A stretch of DNA of 64,000 nt from contig JAZQHM010000005.1 of the NCBI GenBank assembly GCA_045540575.1, positions 7,210 to 71,209 on the forward strand, read 5' to 3'. This document shows positions 46,671-55,825 of this stretch, piece by piece (position 1 is the first letter of the stretch; every line of letters starts with the position of its first letter). The notes under the pieces were generated by a model. That model was not told the DNA's origin. It searched no databases and saw only the letters and a program-made list of their open reading frames with translations. The DNA comes from Faecousia sp. Its GTDB lineage: Bacteria > Bacillota > Clostridia > Oscillospirales > Oscillospiraceae. Position numbers and translations under genes: made by a program.

Positions 46671-46735
46671 ATTATAGTGATTTTACACACGGACAGCAAT
46701 GCAAATAAGTACAAAATTTATGCAAATTCGTACAC
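46671..46735 (-). promoter_or_regulatory. Promoter of the ABC operon with a tandem activator site
   Basis: Minus strand GTGTACGAATTTGCA-N6-TTGTACTTATTTGCA (21-bp period) abutting TTGCTG-17 nt-TATAAT. Confidence 0.75.
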
Positions 46736-46774
46736 TTTTTTGCGCTCATAACTTTTATTTCCGGCATAACGCCC

Positions 46775-48478
46775 CTATTCTGATTGTTCAGATTTGAACG
46801 GCACCCGAACAAGGATCTGCGTCCGCCCCTTTTCCCTGCAAATTTGCAGACCGTACTCCTCCGAAAACAGAAGCTGGATGCGTTTTTTGATGTTCTGCAG
46901 ACCAATGCCATGACCCTTGGGCGCAATTTCGTTATTCTCCAGTTTCTGAAGGATTGCAGTATCGATACCCGGACCGTTATCCTCAACGATCAGCACTGCC
47001 GTATCCCCTTCTAATCTGCCGGTCAAACGGATCTGGCAGGTTTCCAGCATTTCTTCCAAGGCATACTTGATGGAATTTTCAACCAGCGGCTGAATGGTAA
47101 GCTGAGGTATTTTCACATCCAGTAGTTCCTCCGGAAGTGCCTTTTCGTACCGCAGGCGGCTGCCAAAACGCTTGGTCTGGATCAGCATATAATCGTCCAC
47201 GATCTTCAGCTCATCTTTCACACAAACTGCCTTATCGTTAAAGCTCATGCTGGTGCGCAGCAGTCGGGAAAGGGATGCCGAAAGCTCCGCAATTTCCGGA
47301 TCGTCATGCTCATAGGCGATCCATGTGATCAGCGACATGGCATTAAAGATGAAGTGGGGCTGTATTTGCTGCTGAAGCTGCTGATACTGTGCTTCTTTTT
47401 GCAGCAGCATGCGGTCATAGGCTTCGTCGTTGAGTTTTTTGTTGTCATATGCCATCCGGTCAAAGTGCCGGTGGAGTCTACCGAATTCATCGTTTCGATT
47501 TTGATACTGATGCATCTCCGACTTATCCGGCAAAACACCGTCGCGGTAAGCATCGATCTTGACAAGCAAGGTATTCAAATGCCTTGTTGAATGCTTTACC
47601 AAATAGTAACTGCATAGAAATGCCAGAAACGCGATCGTCATCGTCATCACCAGCGACATGCTCTGAGTCAATCGAATAGACTTATGTATCTCATCATAGG
47701 ACGAATACAGTAGGAATTTCCATCCATACCGATTGGTACACTGCACAACAAACCTGTCGCCCTGTATTTCCCAGCCATCCTTTTCAAGCGGATGCACCGG
47801 TGCTTCTTCGTTGGGATAAACACGGGTATCGCCTGCATGTACGCTTAAATTCAGACCGATACCGGCATCACTGTAGCTTTCCAGGCTTTGGCGCATCAGC
47901 TTCAGCATGTCCACTCTGGCGATCAACGTACCCAACGCTTCGTTAGAACCGTACATATCCCGAATCTGGCGGGTGTAATACACACCTTTTCCGATCAGTA
48001 TGATTCGGGGTTTTCCCTCAGATTCAGCAGAAATACGAACAAGCTTATCCCGTTCTGTATCACTCAAACCGTCATGTGTGCCGATGGATTCGCCCTGCTT
48101 CAAATAAATATGAAAGCTATAGAACATACCAAGACCATAGGAATAGCTTGACAGCTGTCCCGCCAGTTTTTCCCGGGCATCCAGCCACGGGGAGCTGCCC
48201 TCGATCTGATCCCGCATTTCCACCATTTTCTCCTGGAAATACTTATTGGTAATCATGGAAAGCGTCAGCGTATCCACCTGCGCAAACCGATTATCCACCT
48301 CATCGACAAAAGAGGTAAACATCTGGGCAGAGTGAATGTATAGCTGCTCATCATAGGCATCGTATGTACTCTGCAAAATCAAATAGTTGCCCACAGAAAG
48401 CACAAGACACACAAGTGCAATGATGGACGCAATTTTCATGATCAGACTCAGATCCCGGATTCTGCGGATCTTTCTCAT
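46775..48478 (-). CDS. Sensor histidine kinase (YesM/LytS-like)
   Basis: Two TMs flanking a Cache-like domain, HAMP, QIQPHFIFN, IQPLVENSI, DNGPG and GIGLQN motifs. Confidence 0.95.
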   Translation of the reverse strand: MRKIRRIRDLSLIMKIASIIALVCLVLSVGNYLILQSTYDAYDEQLYIHSAQMFTSFVDEVDNRFAQVDTLTLSMITNKYFQEKMVEMRDQIEGSSPWLDAREKLAGQLSSYSYGLGMFYSFHIYLKQGESIGTHDGLSDTERDKLVRISAESEGKPRIILIGKGVYYTRQIRDMYGSNEALGTLIARVDMLKLMRQSLESYSDAGIGLNLSVHAGDTRVYPNEEAPVHPLEKDGWEIQGDRFVVQCTNRYGWKFLLYSSYDEIHKSIRLTQSMSLVMTMTIAFLAFLCSYYLVKHSTRHLNTLLVKIDAYRDGVLPDKSEMHQYQNRNDEFGRLHRHFDRMAYDNKKLNDEAYDRMLLQKEAQYQQLQQQIQPHFIFNAMSLITWIAYEHDDPEIAELSASLSRLLRTSMSFNDKAVCVKDELKIVDDYMLIQTKRFGSRLRYEKALPEELLDVKIPQLTIQPLVENSIKYALEEMLETCQIRLTGRLEGDTAVLIVEDNGPGIDTAILQKLENNEIAPKGHGIGLQNIKKRIQLLFSEEYGLQICREKGRTQILVRVPFKSEQSE

Positions 48479-48567
48479 AGGCATCCCTCCTGACACACTT
48501 TCTTTAAGTATAGCATATATTGCCGGTTTTTGCACAATTTTCTGCAAAAATTTAACGCACTGTTCAT

Positions 48568-48596
48568 TTGACAACAGCTTAAGAATCCTCTATCAT
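48568..48596 (+). promoter_or_regulatory. sigma-A promoter of the divergent membrane protein gene
   Basis: TTGACA-17 nt-TATCAT. Confidence 0.65.
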
Positions 48597-48623
48597 AAAT
48601 GCAGCACCCGAAAGGAGACCGCC

Positions 48624-49340
48624 ATGACCATATCTGAATTTGCCCGCAAGGAGCTGAAAAACCTAAAAGGCAAGCCTTTAAAGGACAAGCTGGAGCATAT
48701 CGCTACCTATTACTGGATTCCTATCGTCACAGTCGTGGCGCTGGCTGTGTTTGTGGGCTTTATCAGCCATCAGATCTCTACAAAAAAAGAGACCGTGCTT
48801 TTCGGCTACTGCATCAACGCCTCTGAAAACCAGCATTCCGTCAATTTTCCCAAGGAATTTGCTGCCCACGCACAAATCGGCGAAGATCAAGAAGCGCTTA
48901 TCATTCCCAATCTGCGTACCACAGACGTTGCCTTCGGCGATACTATGCAGGCGCTGAGTGTTCATGTTGCGGCAGCAGATGTGGACTTTATCGCAACGGA
49001 TATCGAAACCGCCCGTACCCTCGTCCAAACCGACTTTTTCTGTGATCTTTCTGAAAAGCTGACAGATGAGCAGCTTCAAAAGCTGTCGCCTTACCTTCTT
49101 TATGCAGAGCGCAAGGAGCTTCCGGCGGATAATTCCCCCAATACGCAAGCGCCGCCTCTGCCGAAACTGGCAAAGGCGGACGAGCTGACAGATCCGGTGC
49201 CGGTGGCACTGAATCTGAAAACGGATTCTCTTCTTTCGAAAGCATATACCTTCCCGGAGGGCGATTTGGTTCTGCTGATCATGCACAACGCGCCCCACAT
49301 GGATATGCTTCAAAGCTTTCTTGATTACATTATAGCGTAG
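48624..49340 (+). CDS. Single-pass membrane protein with a small extracellular solute-binding-like domain
   Basis: AAAGGAG RBS; KLEHIATYYWIPIVTVVALAVFVGFI TM segment; DVDFI..FFCDLS segment resembling SBPs. Confidence 0.65.
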   Translation: MTISEFARKELKNLKGKPLKDKLEHIATYYWIPIVTVVALAVFVGFISHQISTKKETVLFGYCINASENQHSVNFPKEFAAHAQIGEDQEALIIPNLRTTDVAFGDTMQALSVHVAAADVDFIATDIETARTLVQTDFFCDLSEKLTDEQLQKLSPYLLYAERKELPADNSPNTQAPPLPKLAKADELTDPVPVALNLKTDSLLSKAYTFPEGDLVLLIMHNAPHMDMLQSFLDYIIA

Positions 49341-49342
49341 TT

Positions 49343-50485
49343 TTATACTTCAAAAACCGTTGCTTTGATCTGGGGATCCAGCTCCGAAAGCAGTGCCATC
49401 CGGTCGTATGCCGTGCATAGCTGGTCAAAAAGCCCGTCGACATAAATGACGTCACCATTGAGCTTAATGCGCTCGCCAGGAAACACCTGCACAGGAACAC
49501 GATGGTAAAGATCCTCAATCAATTTAGTATGCGCAAGCGCCGTCTTTGCTGAGCAAGGCGGTGCTTTTTTTGCGTTGATCGCATCCATGCAGGTGCGGAT
49601 CTTGCCCATACCTACGCTGGGCACACCGTAAAATTTCCGGCTGCCGTCGCGGAATGTGGCAATGAGATCGCCGGTGTTTCCCTCTTTTTCGTAGGTCACT
49701 GTGGCGTTTTCAAATTCAAATACAAACCGGGGCTCCCGGACTTTTCCGGTTGCATGAGATGCTGCAAAAAACAGCTTTACACCACTTTTTGTGGTCATAC
49801 GGAGCACGCAGGTATCAAAGCTTTCAATGTCGTTCGCCCGCAAGCATTCTGCCTCAATACGCTGCGGATACACGCTGGTATCAATGGCATCACCCAGCAC
49901 AAACAGCAGGTTGTGCACATAGTGCGCGCAGGCATTAAAGGCGATGGAATCCATAATCATCACGCCATTCATGCTGAATCTGCCGCTCCACTGGGGTGCA
50001 TAATAAGAGCGGGGTCTGGGCGTGCTGTTGAGGGTCTTCAAGCTCAGCGGCTTTCCCAATACACCCTTTAAAATATCTTCCTTCAGTGCCAGAATGGCAG
50101 GGTCAAAGGACCACTGATAGCCAACTGCAATAAACTTTCCGGTTTCCTCTTCCGCCCGGATCATCGCCTCAACCTGCGCAACAGTAGGTGCTGCCGGCTT
50201 TTCGCTGAGGACATAAGAGCCATGCTGCGCCGCGTAAACGCTCTGCTCAGAATGCATAAACGGCGGTGTGCTCAAAATCATCATATCCGCACCGGAATTT
50301 GCGTAAAACTCCTCCAGGCTGCCGTACACCGGCACACCGGAGCGCAAAATGTCCTCTTTGGAGGGAGATGCATCAATGTTCTTTTCGATCACACCGACAA
50401 ATTCTGCCTCCGGATCCTTCCCTGAAAGCAAGTAATCTACATAGTTCTTGCCGTATCTGCCGGCACCTGCCAATGCAATTTTCAT
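49343..50485 (-). CDS. Gfo/Idh/MocA oxidoreductase
   Basis: AGAGRYG, LSEKP, VGYQW and NACAHY motifs. Confidence 0.9.
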   Translation of the reverse strand: MKIALAGAGRYGKNYVDYLLSGKDPEAEFVGVIEKNIDASPSKEDILRSGVPVYGSLEEFYANSGADMMILSTPPFMHSEQSVYAAQHGSYVLSEKPAAPTVAQVEAMIRAEEETGKFIAVGYQWSFDPAILALKEDILKGVLGKPLSLKTLNSTPRPRSYYAPQWSGRFSMNGVMIMDSIAFNACAHYVHNLLFVLGDAIDTSVYPQRIEAECLRANDIESFDTCVLRMTTKSGVKLFFAASHATGKVREPRFVFEFENATVTYEKEGNTGDLIATFRDGSRKFYGVPSVGMGKIRTCMDAINAKKAPPCSAKTALAHTKLIEDLYHRVPVQVFPGERIKLNGDVIYVDGLFDQLCTAYDRMALLSELDPQIKATVFEV

Positions 50486-51414
50486 AGTTCAATCTCCTTA
50501 TTGGCATCGGCAGAATCCCTTGCTGCCAGCGCAACCTTCGTCAAATACAGCGCGTCGGCTGCTGATACATCCTCGCATTTGTTCAAAAATTCCACCGCCA
50601 GCTTCGGTGCAGGCTCGGGGGCAAATTCCCGGACTGCGTCCGCCGTGATCAGCGTATAGTGATCTCTGCGGACCTCCAAAACGCCTTCCGTGCCCACGAT
50701 CCGCAGCCGGTCATCGGCATGGGTAGGCGCAGCTGCCGGACGGCAATAGTCAATATTGACCGATGCCATGATCCCGTCTTCCATCCGGAACTGACACAGC
50801 GCAACCTGCTCGGGATTGCCGGAATGAAGCGCATTTACGGACAGGAATTTCTTCCCGCTGAAGGCGTACAGCCAATCAAAAGCATGCATGCCGACCCAAG
50901 GGATCGTGCCTACAAATAGATCACGCTCGGCATACCACTGAGGGCGCGTGCCGTACTTGTAGCTTTTCTGGGCGGTAATCATGCGCACCTGCCCGATCGC
51001 ACCGGCTTGCACCAGCTTGCGAGCATGGTAAAATGTCGGCTCATAGCGTAGATAGTGCATGGCGCTAAAGTGGATCCCGCTGCTCAAAACCGCCTCTTCC
51101 ACCTGCGCCAGCTCTTCCATGCTGGCAGCTATGGGCTTTTCCGCGAACACATCGATTCCCCGCTTGGCACACTCGATAATGAATTTGCCCGTATAGCCAA
51201 AAACCGGAGAAACCACCGCCACATCGGGCTTGGTTTCGTCGAGCATGGTTTCCCAGCTGTCGTAAATCGCACCCACGCGACTTTGCCACACAGCGGCGGG
51301 CTTTTCATGCTCGCTTCCTGCCGCCATGCCCACGAACCGGGCGTCCGGGCAGGTTTTCATTTCCTCATATGTATGCTCAGCGTGACCGCTGCAGCCAATA
51401 AAACAAATCTTCAT
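50482..51414 (-). CDS. Gfo/Idh/MocA oxidoreductase
   Basis: IGCSGH, FAEKP and GTIPWVGMHAFD motifs. Confidence 0.88.
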   Translation of the reverse strand: MKICFIGCSGHAEHTYEEMKTCPDARFVGMAAGSEHEKPAAVWQSRVGAIYDSWETMLDETKPDVAVVSPVFGYTGKFIIECAKRGIDVFAEKPIAASMEELAQVEEAVLSSGIHFSAMHYLRYEPTFYHARKLVQAGAIGQVRMITAQKSYKYGTRPQWYAERDLFVGTIPWVGMHAFDWLYAFSGKKFLSVNALHSGNPEQVALCQFRMEDGIMASVNIDYCRPAAAPTHADDRLRIVGTEGVLEVRRDHYTLITADAVREFAPEPAPKLAVEFLNKCEDVSAADALYLTKVALAARDSADANKEIEL

Positions 51415-51420
51415 AGCAAA

Positions 51421-52455
51421 TTAAGTAACGGATTGTTTATCTTCCGCAAGTTTTTCCTTGTATTCCCGAATCGTCATACCGGTATGCTGCCGGAACAGGC
51501 GATAGAAATACTGCACATTATTGCCAAGACCAACCTTCGCCGCCACCTCGATGGTGCTCAGATTATCTCCCCGCTTTAAAAATGCCACAGCCTTTTCCAT
51601 GCGTACCTTCAAAAGAAAATCGCTGAATTTAATGTTCATCACATTCAGGAAGCGTCTGCCGATATACCGGGGTGTCAGATAGATCACCTCATCAGCAATA
51701 TACTGCAGATTCAAATTCGGCATATGGTAATTGTCGTATACATATTGCACGACCTTTGCAACCACCGGATCTGTGGTCTGATTCTGGATTCCCAACTGCT
51801 TCAGCACATCGGTGATGCAGTAGATAAGCTCATCGCCGGTTTGATTTTTCGCCAGAGTTTTCAAGATCGCCTGCATTTTCTGCGCCGACATCTCATGCTG
51901 TACCACCGCCATAATGGCAGCTTCGCGCAGCATGCCGTAATCCTGATACTGCTCCATAACCTGGCGCACCTGCTCTGCGGTAAAGTCGTAGCTTAGGATG
52001 GTCAGATTCATCAGCTGGTCGTAGATCTCCTCCACCTTGCTCTGACGCTCCGTGAAGCCCTTGCGGGTGTGTTCCCGGTTACGCTCAATGTTTCTGACGC
52101 AGGAGCGCAGTCTTTCGATAAGCTCTTCCTTCCGGCAGGGCTTGACAAGATAGCCTCTGACACCGCAAGCCATAGCAGACCGTGCGAGCTCAAATTCTTC
52201 ATGCCCGGAAAGCACCAGACACTCAATAGGCGGGTACATTTCCTTTGCACGGGTGATCAGCTCTAAGCCATCCATGACCGGCATCATCAGGTCCGTAACC
52301 AGAATGTCGGGACGCTCATCGATGATGGTCTGCAACGCGCTGATGGCATTGTCGTACAGTCCAATAACCCGAATATTCAATTCTTCCCAAGGAACGATCT
52401 TGCGAAGCGCTTCCAGCACCCGCATCTCGTCATCAACAAGTATCAGACTATACAT
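51421..52455 (-). CDS. Response regulator with AraC-type output (YesN-like)
   Basis: LVDDE, TDLMMPVMDGL, YLVKP receiver motifs; C-terminal VAAKVG..QYFYRLFRQHTGMT. Confidence 0.93.
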   Translation of the reverse strand: MYSLILVDDEMRVLEALRKIVPWEELNIRVIGLYDNAISALQTIIDERPDILVTDLMMPVMDGLELITRAKEMYPPIECLVLSGHEEFELARSAMACGVRGYLVKPCRKEELIERLRSCVRNIERNREHTRKGFTERQSKVEEIYDQLMNLTILSYDFTAEQVRQVMEQYQDYGMLREAAIMAVVQHEMSAQKMQAILKTLAKNQTGDELIYCITDVLKQLGIQNQTTDPVVAKVVQYVYDNYHMPNLNLQYIADEVIYLTPRYIGRRFLNVMNIKFSDFLLKVRMEKAVAFLKRGDNLSTIEVAAKVGLGNNVQYFYRLFRQHTGMTIREYKEKLAEDKQSVT

Positions 52456-52490
52456 ACATTCACATCCATTTTTATTTTATGAAAACAAGT

Positions 52491-53015
52491 TCAGTTTCCG
52501 TTTGCTTCGCGAAAATAATAAACCGTATCCAGGCCGGGACCTCTATGATCCTTCAGACAGGCAATTTGAGAAAAGCCCAGCTTGCTGAGTACCCGCAGGT
52601 GGGACGCATTTGTGGACCAAGTTCTGGTACAAAGCGGAGTCTCGGGATAAAGGCGGATCATTTCCTCGTAAAATTTTTGCATCATGCCCTTCCCCCGGTG
52701 GTCCGGGTGGACCACACAGGTAGAAGCATATACATTGGGTGTGCGCTTAATTTCCTCGCAGGTGTGGTCAAATTTAAATGCCATAAAGCCTGCAAAACAG
52801 CCGTTATCCAGCGCAACGATCACCGGCTGATTTTCCATGGTGCAATAATATGCGTCAATGCCGCCCAGGCAGCTGCTTCCGGAAAGGCTCGACTGGGTAG
52901 TAGAGCTTCTTGCCGAAAGGGGCGGGATAAATTCCTTATCCGCCATAGCCAGCAGCTGCCGGATTTGCTCTGCATAGCCGGATTGGGCAACGGTTGCAAA
53001 ATACGCCATTTCCAT
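52491..53015 (-). CDS. GNAT-family N-acetyltransferase
   Basis: VHPDHRGKG and TN.S...L.KLGF motifs. Confidence 0.85.
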   Translation of the reverse strand: MEMAYFATVAQSGYAEQIRQLLAMADKEFIPPLSARSSTTQSSLSGSSCLGGIDAYYCTMENQPVIVALDNGCFAGFMAFKFDHTCEEIKRTPNVYASTCVVHPDHRGKGMMQKFYEEMIRLYPETPLCTRTWSTNASHLRVLSKLGFSQIACLKDHRGPGLDTVYYFREANGN

Positions 53016-53023
53016 GTTAGGAC

Positions 53024-54070
53024 TTACTCCTCGGTTTTCAAAAATTCCGCAACGAAAGCATCGTCAGCCACTTCAGGATAGATTCTCCAAAGGGTATCGA
53101 TGAGTTCTGCTTGACCCTCAGACAGCACTTCATCGGGATTGAGGCACCAGGTACCCTTCATAAGTCCCTGCTTCATCAGCACATAGTGAAGTCCCGGGAT
53201 ACAGCCGGCAAACCGGTTGGCAACATCAAACACCGCGCCGTTGGCTTCCGTCAGGTGCTCGGCAACGGTCAGAAGCTCAGCATCAATCATACCGCTTTCA
53301 CGGGCTGCTTTGCAACGCTCAAAAATTTCCACTGCCCGGTTGGTCCAAACAGACCACTGTCCCAAAAGGCCGCCCACAAAGTACTTCTTCTTACCCTCGT
53401 GGACAAAGGGTGTCAGCAAATCCAGCACGATGTGATCATCGTTACCGGTATACAGCGCGACCTCGTCAGCACGGGAAGACTCCATCACACCCTTGACAAG
53501 ATCCTGGGTGCGGTAACGCTCAAAGCATGCACACTTAATGGCAACCACATTGGGAATATCCGCAAGCTGGCGCCAATATTCTCTGGACAGCTTCCTGCCG
53601 CCCACAGCCTCCTGCAGGTAGAAGCCCACCACGGGCATCACCTTGGCAACCGCCCGGGTGCGCTCCAGCAGTTCTTCCTCAGAAAGAGCATTCAAGCCAC
53701 CGGGGCTTAAAAGAACGGCATCAAAGCCCAGTTCCTTGGCAAGCTGAGCCTCCTTGCAAGCCTGCTCAGCAAGACCACAAACACCGGAAATACGCACCAG
53801 CACTTTGCCGGTCTTGGCTTCAAAAGCCTCCATTTCGGAAATAACCGTCTCCAGAACGGGACGCAGCAGATTGTGCTTGGGATCGCGGATCTCAAACTGG
53901 GTGCTGTGGACAGCGGCAGCAACACCGCCGGAGCCGGCAGCCATATAATAGCGCACCATGCGGCGCTGGCTTTCTACATCAAATTCACGGTTTTCGTTCA
54001 GTGCCAAAGGAATGGCAGGAATCACCGTACCAGCATGGAGAATTTCAAGAGCTTTTACATGACGATCCAT
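53024..54070 (-). CDS. DHDPS/NAL-family class I aldolase-like protein
   Basis: VIPAIPLAL, AVHSTQF, GFYLQ and Schiff-base VAIK motifs. Confidence 0.8.
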   Translation of the reverse strand: MDRHVKALEILHAGTVIPAIPLALNENREFDVESQRRMVRYYMAAGSGGVAAAVHSTQFEIRDPKHNLLRPVLETVISEMEAFEAKTGKVLVRISGVCGLAEQACKEAQLAKELGFDAVLLSPGGLNALSEEELLERTRAVAKVMPVVGFYLQEAVGGRKLSREYWRQLADIPNVVAIKCACFERYRTQDLVKGVMESSRADEVALYTGNDDHIVLDLLTPFVHEGKKKYFVGGLLGQWSVWTNRAVEIFERCKAARESGMIDAELLTVAEHLTEANGAVFDVANRFAGCIPGLHYVLMKQGLMKGTWCLNPDEVLSEGQAELIDTLWRIYPEVADDAFVAEFLKTEE

Positions 54071-55101
54071 TAGTAGTTACCATTCCTTTCTTCAAAATGG
54101 GTGGGCTTACCAAGGCTTCTGCCACCGGCAAGCAGCCACTCAGCCTGCCACTGGATCAGCGTATCCAGCGATGCGGTGGGATAGCCGAAGAGGGTGAACA
54201 TCTTGCCGGCATTGTTGAGGTAAGCGGTGGTAGCTTCCTCGCCAACGAAGGTAACTTCCTTACCCAATGCCGCACCCAGCTGCAGTGCAACCTGCTTGAC
54301 ACCGGCAGACTCAGGACCGGTAACATTGACGATGCTCATATCGGAGCTGGTATGCAGCAGCAGACGGATGGCAGCTTCATTGGCATCCTTCTGCCAGATG
54401 CAGTTGAAGCTGGGCATTGCAGCCAGATCCACGGGCTTGCCGGAGAGAATGGTCTGCGAAATATCGTGCAGCACGCCGTAACGTAGATCGATCGCGTAGT
54501 TCAGGCGCATAATGCAAACCTTGGTGCCCAGAGCCTTAGCAGCATACTCAAAAGCACGCTCACGGGCAAGGCAGGACATGGGATATTCACCCACAGGACC
54601 GGGAGGGGTCAGCTCCGTAGCGCCGCCGCTGCAGGTAGGTACCTTGGGGTACAGATTGCCGCTGGAGAAAGCCACGATATTGGACTTTTGGAACCGCTTG
54701 GCGGTCATGCAGGGCAGCCAGCTGTTCATACCCCAGGTCAGATATTCGCTGCCGTTTGTGCCGAACTTACGGCCAGCCATAAAGATCACATTCTCGCAAT
54801 CCGGCAGTGCTTCCAGCGCGCCGTCGTCCATTAAATCAGCTGCAATGACGGTAACGCCCTCGTCCTCAAGGCGCTTGGCAGCAGCCTTGTCAGAGAAACG
54901 GGAAACGGCATAAACCGTCTTCTTAATACCGGCAGCCTTGGCAGCTCTTGCCGCCAGAATGCAGATGTCGGGACCCATTTTGCCACCGGCACCCAAGACC
55001 ATAATATCGCCCTCAATTTTAGCGATGTCAGCGATCAGCCCCGCAGAGGGGGTGGTCAGCATTTCATTTAAAGTTTCTTCATTCCAGTTAATCTTGCACA
55101 T
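54070..55101 (-). CDS. NAD-dependent epimerase/dehydratase
   Basis: LGAGGKMG, FSSGNLY, YPMSCLARE and RLNYA motifs; AGGAGG RBS before MCKINW. Confidence 0.85.
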   Translation of the reverse strand: MCKINWNEETLNEMLTTPSAGLIADIAKIEGDIMVLGAGGKMGPDICILAARAAKAAGIKKTVYAVSRFSDKAAAKRLEDEGVTVIAADLMDDGALEALPDCENVIFMAGRKFGTNGSEYLTWGMNSWLPCMTAKRFQKSNIVAFSSGNLYPKVPTCSGGATELTPPGPVGEYPMSCLARERAFEYAAKALGTKVCIMRLNYAIDLRYGVLHDISQTILSGKPVDLAAMPSFNCIWQKDANEAAIRLLLHTSSDMSIVNVTGPESAGVKQVALQLGAALGKEVTFVGEEATTAYLNNAGKMFTLFGYPTASLDTLIQWQAEWLLAGGRSLGKPTHFEERNGNY

Positions 55102-55112
55102 ATGTATCCTCC

Positions 55113-55730
55113 TTAATTTTCGCACAAGTAAGCCACCATCATATCCACGGTGTGCTGCTTGCGCTGCTCGATCATTTCGCTGCTTGCCAAATCCTTGGCA
55201 AACAACTTTGACAGGGTATACTGATTGGAAAAATTCGCAAAGCAGGTTGTGATCAGCGACAATGCTGTATGCCACGGGTCAATGTCCCTGCGGAAAACAC
55301 CGGTGCGTCTTCCCTCTTCCAGCGCATCCACAAAATAGTGGATGGTGCTGCGCTCAATGCGGCTGCTTTCCAGTTCTTTTAAGTAATGTCCGCAGTTTAA
55401 ATTCTCCCACATCAGAATACTGACGAAGCTGGGATTGTCCCGCAAAAAGTCGAAATAGGCACCGATGATTTTTTCAACAAGCTCTCTGCCTGTGAGCTTT
55501 TGCGCGATCAAATCCTGCTCTACCGCCTCCATTGAGCCATAAACCTGAAACAGAACCTGCTTATAAAGCCCTTCCTTGTCGCCAAAATAGGCATAGATCA
55601 TGCGCTTGTTGATTTGTGCGCCGGCTGCGATCTCGTCCACCCGCGCGCCAAAAAAACCGCGTTCGGCAAACTCCTTCTCCGCAGCCAGCAAGATACTGCG
55701 CTTGCTTTTTTCCGGATCTCTTACTCTCAG
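55113..55730 (-). CDS. TetR-family regulator, probable CTG start
   Basis: FAERGFFGARVDEIA..INKRMIYAYFGDKEGLY HTH; the frame extends upstream to CTG-RVRDPEKSKRSIL with AAGGAGG 7 nt upstream. Confidence 0.88.
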   Translation of the reverse strand: MRVRDPEKSKRSILLAAEKEFAERGFFGARVDEIAAGAQINKRMIYAYFGDKEGLYKQVLFQVYGSMEAVEQDLIAQKLTGRELVEKIIGAYFDFLRDNPSFVSILMWENLNCGHYLKELESSRIERSTIHYFVDALEEGRRTGVFRRDIDPWHTALSLITTCFANFSNQYTLSKLFAKDLASSEMIEQRKQHTVDMMVAYLCEN

Positions 55731-55744
55731 AAAAACACCTCCTT

Positions 55745-55800
55745 AATATAAGTAACCAAATGGTTACTTATATTGTACATCGGAAAAGTGCTCTTGTAAA
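55745..55800 (-). promoter_or_regulatory. tetR operon promoter and 30-bp palindromic operator
   Basis: TTTACA-17 nt-TACAAT overlapping AATATAAGTAACCA-AA-TGGTTACTTATATT (55745-55774). Confidence 0.8.
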
Positions 55801-55825
55801 GAGGATTTTTACAAAATGCGCAATT

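Noticed and set aside
48490-48502. GAAAGTGTGTCAG near the kinase RBS resembling half of the 6881 operator
   Set aside because: Only a half-site with no dyad partner; likely chance.
53024-54070. dapA (lysine biosynthesis)
   Set aside because: Lacks the GTTGE motif and lies in a sugar-acid operon.
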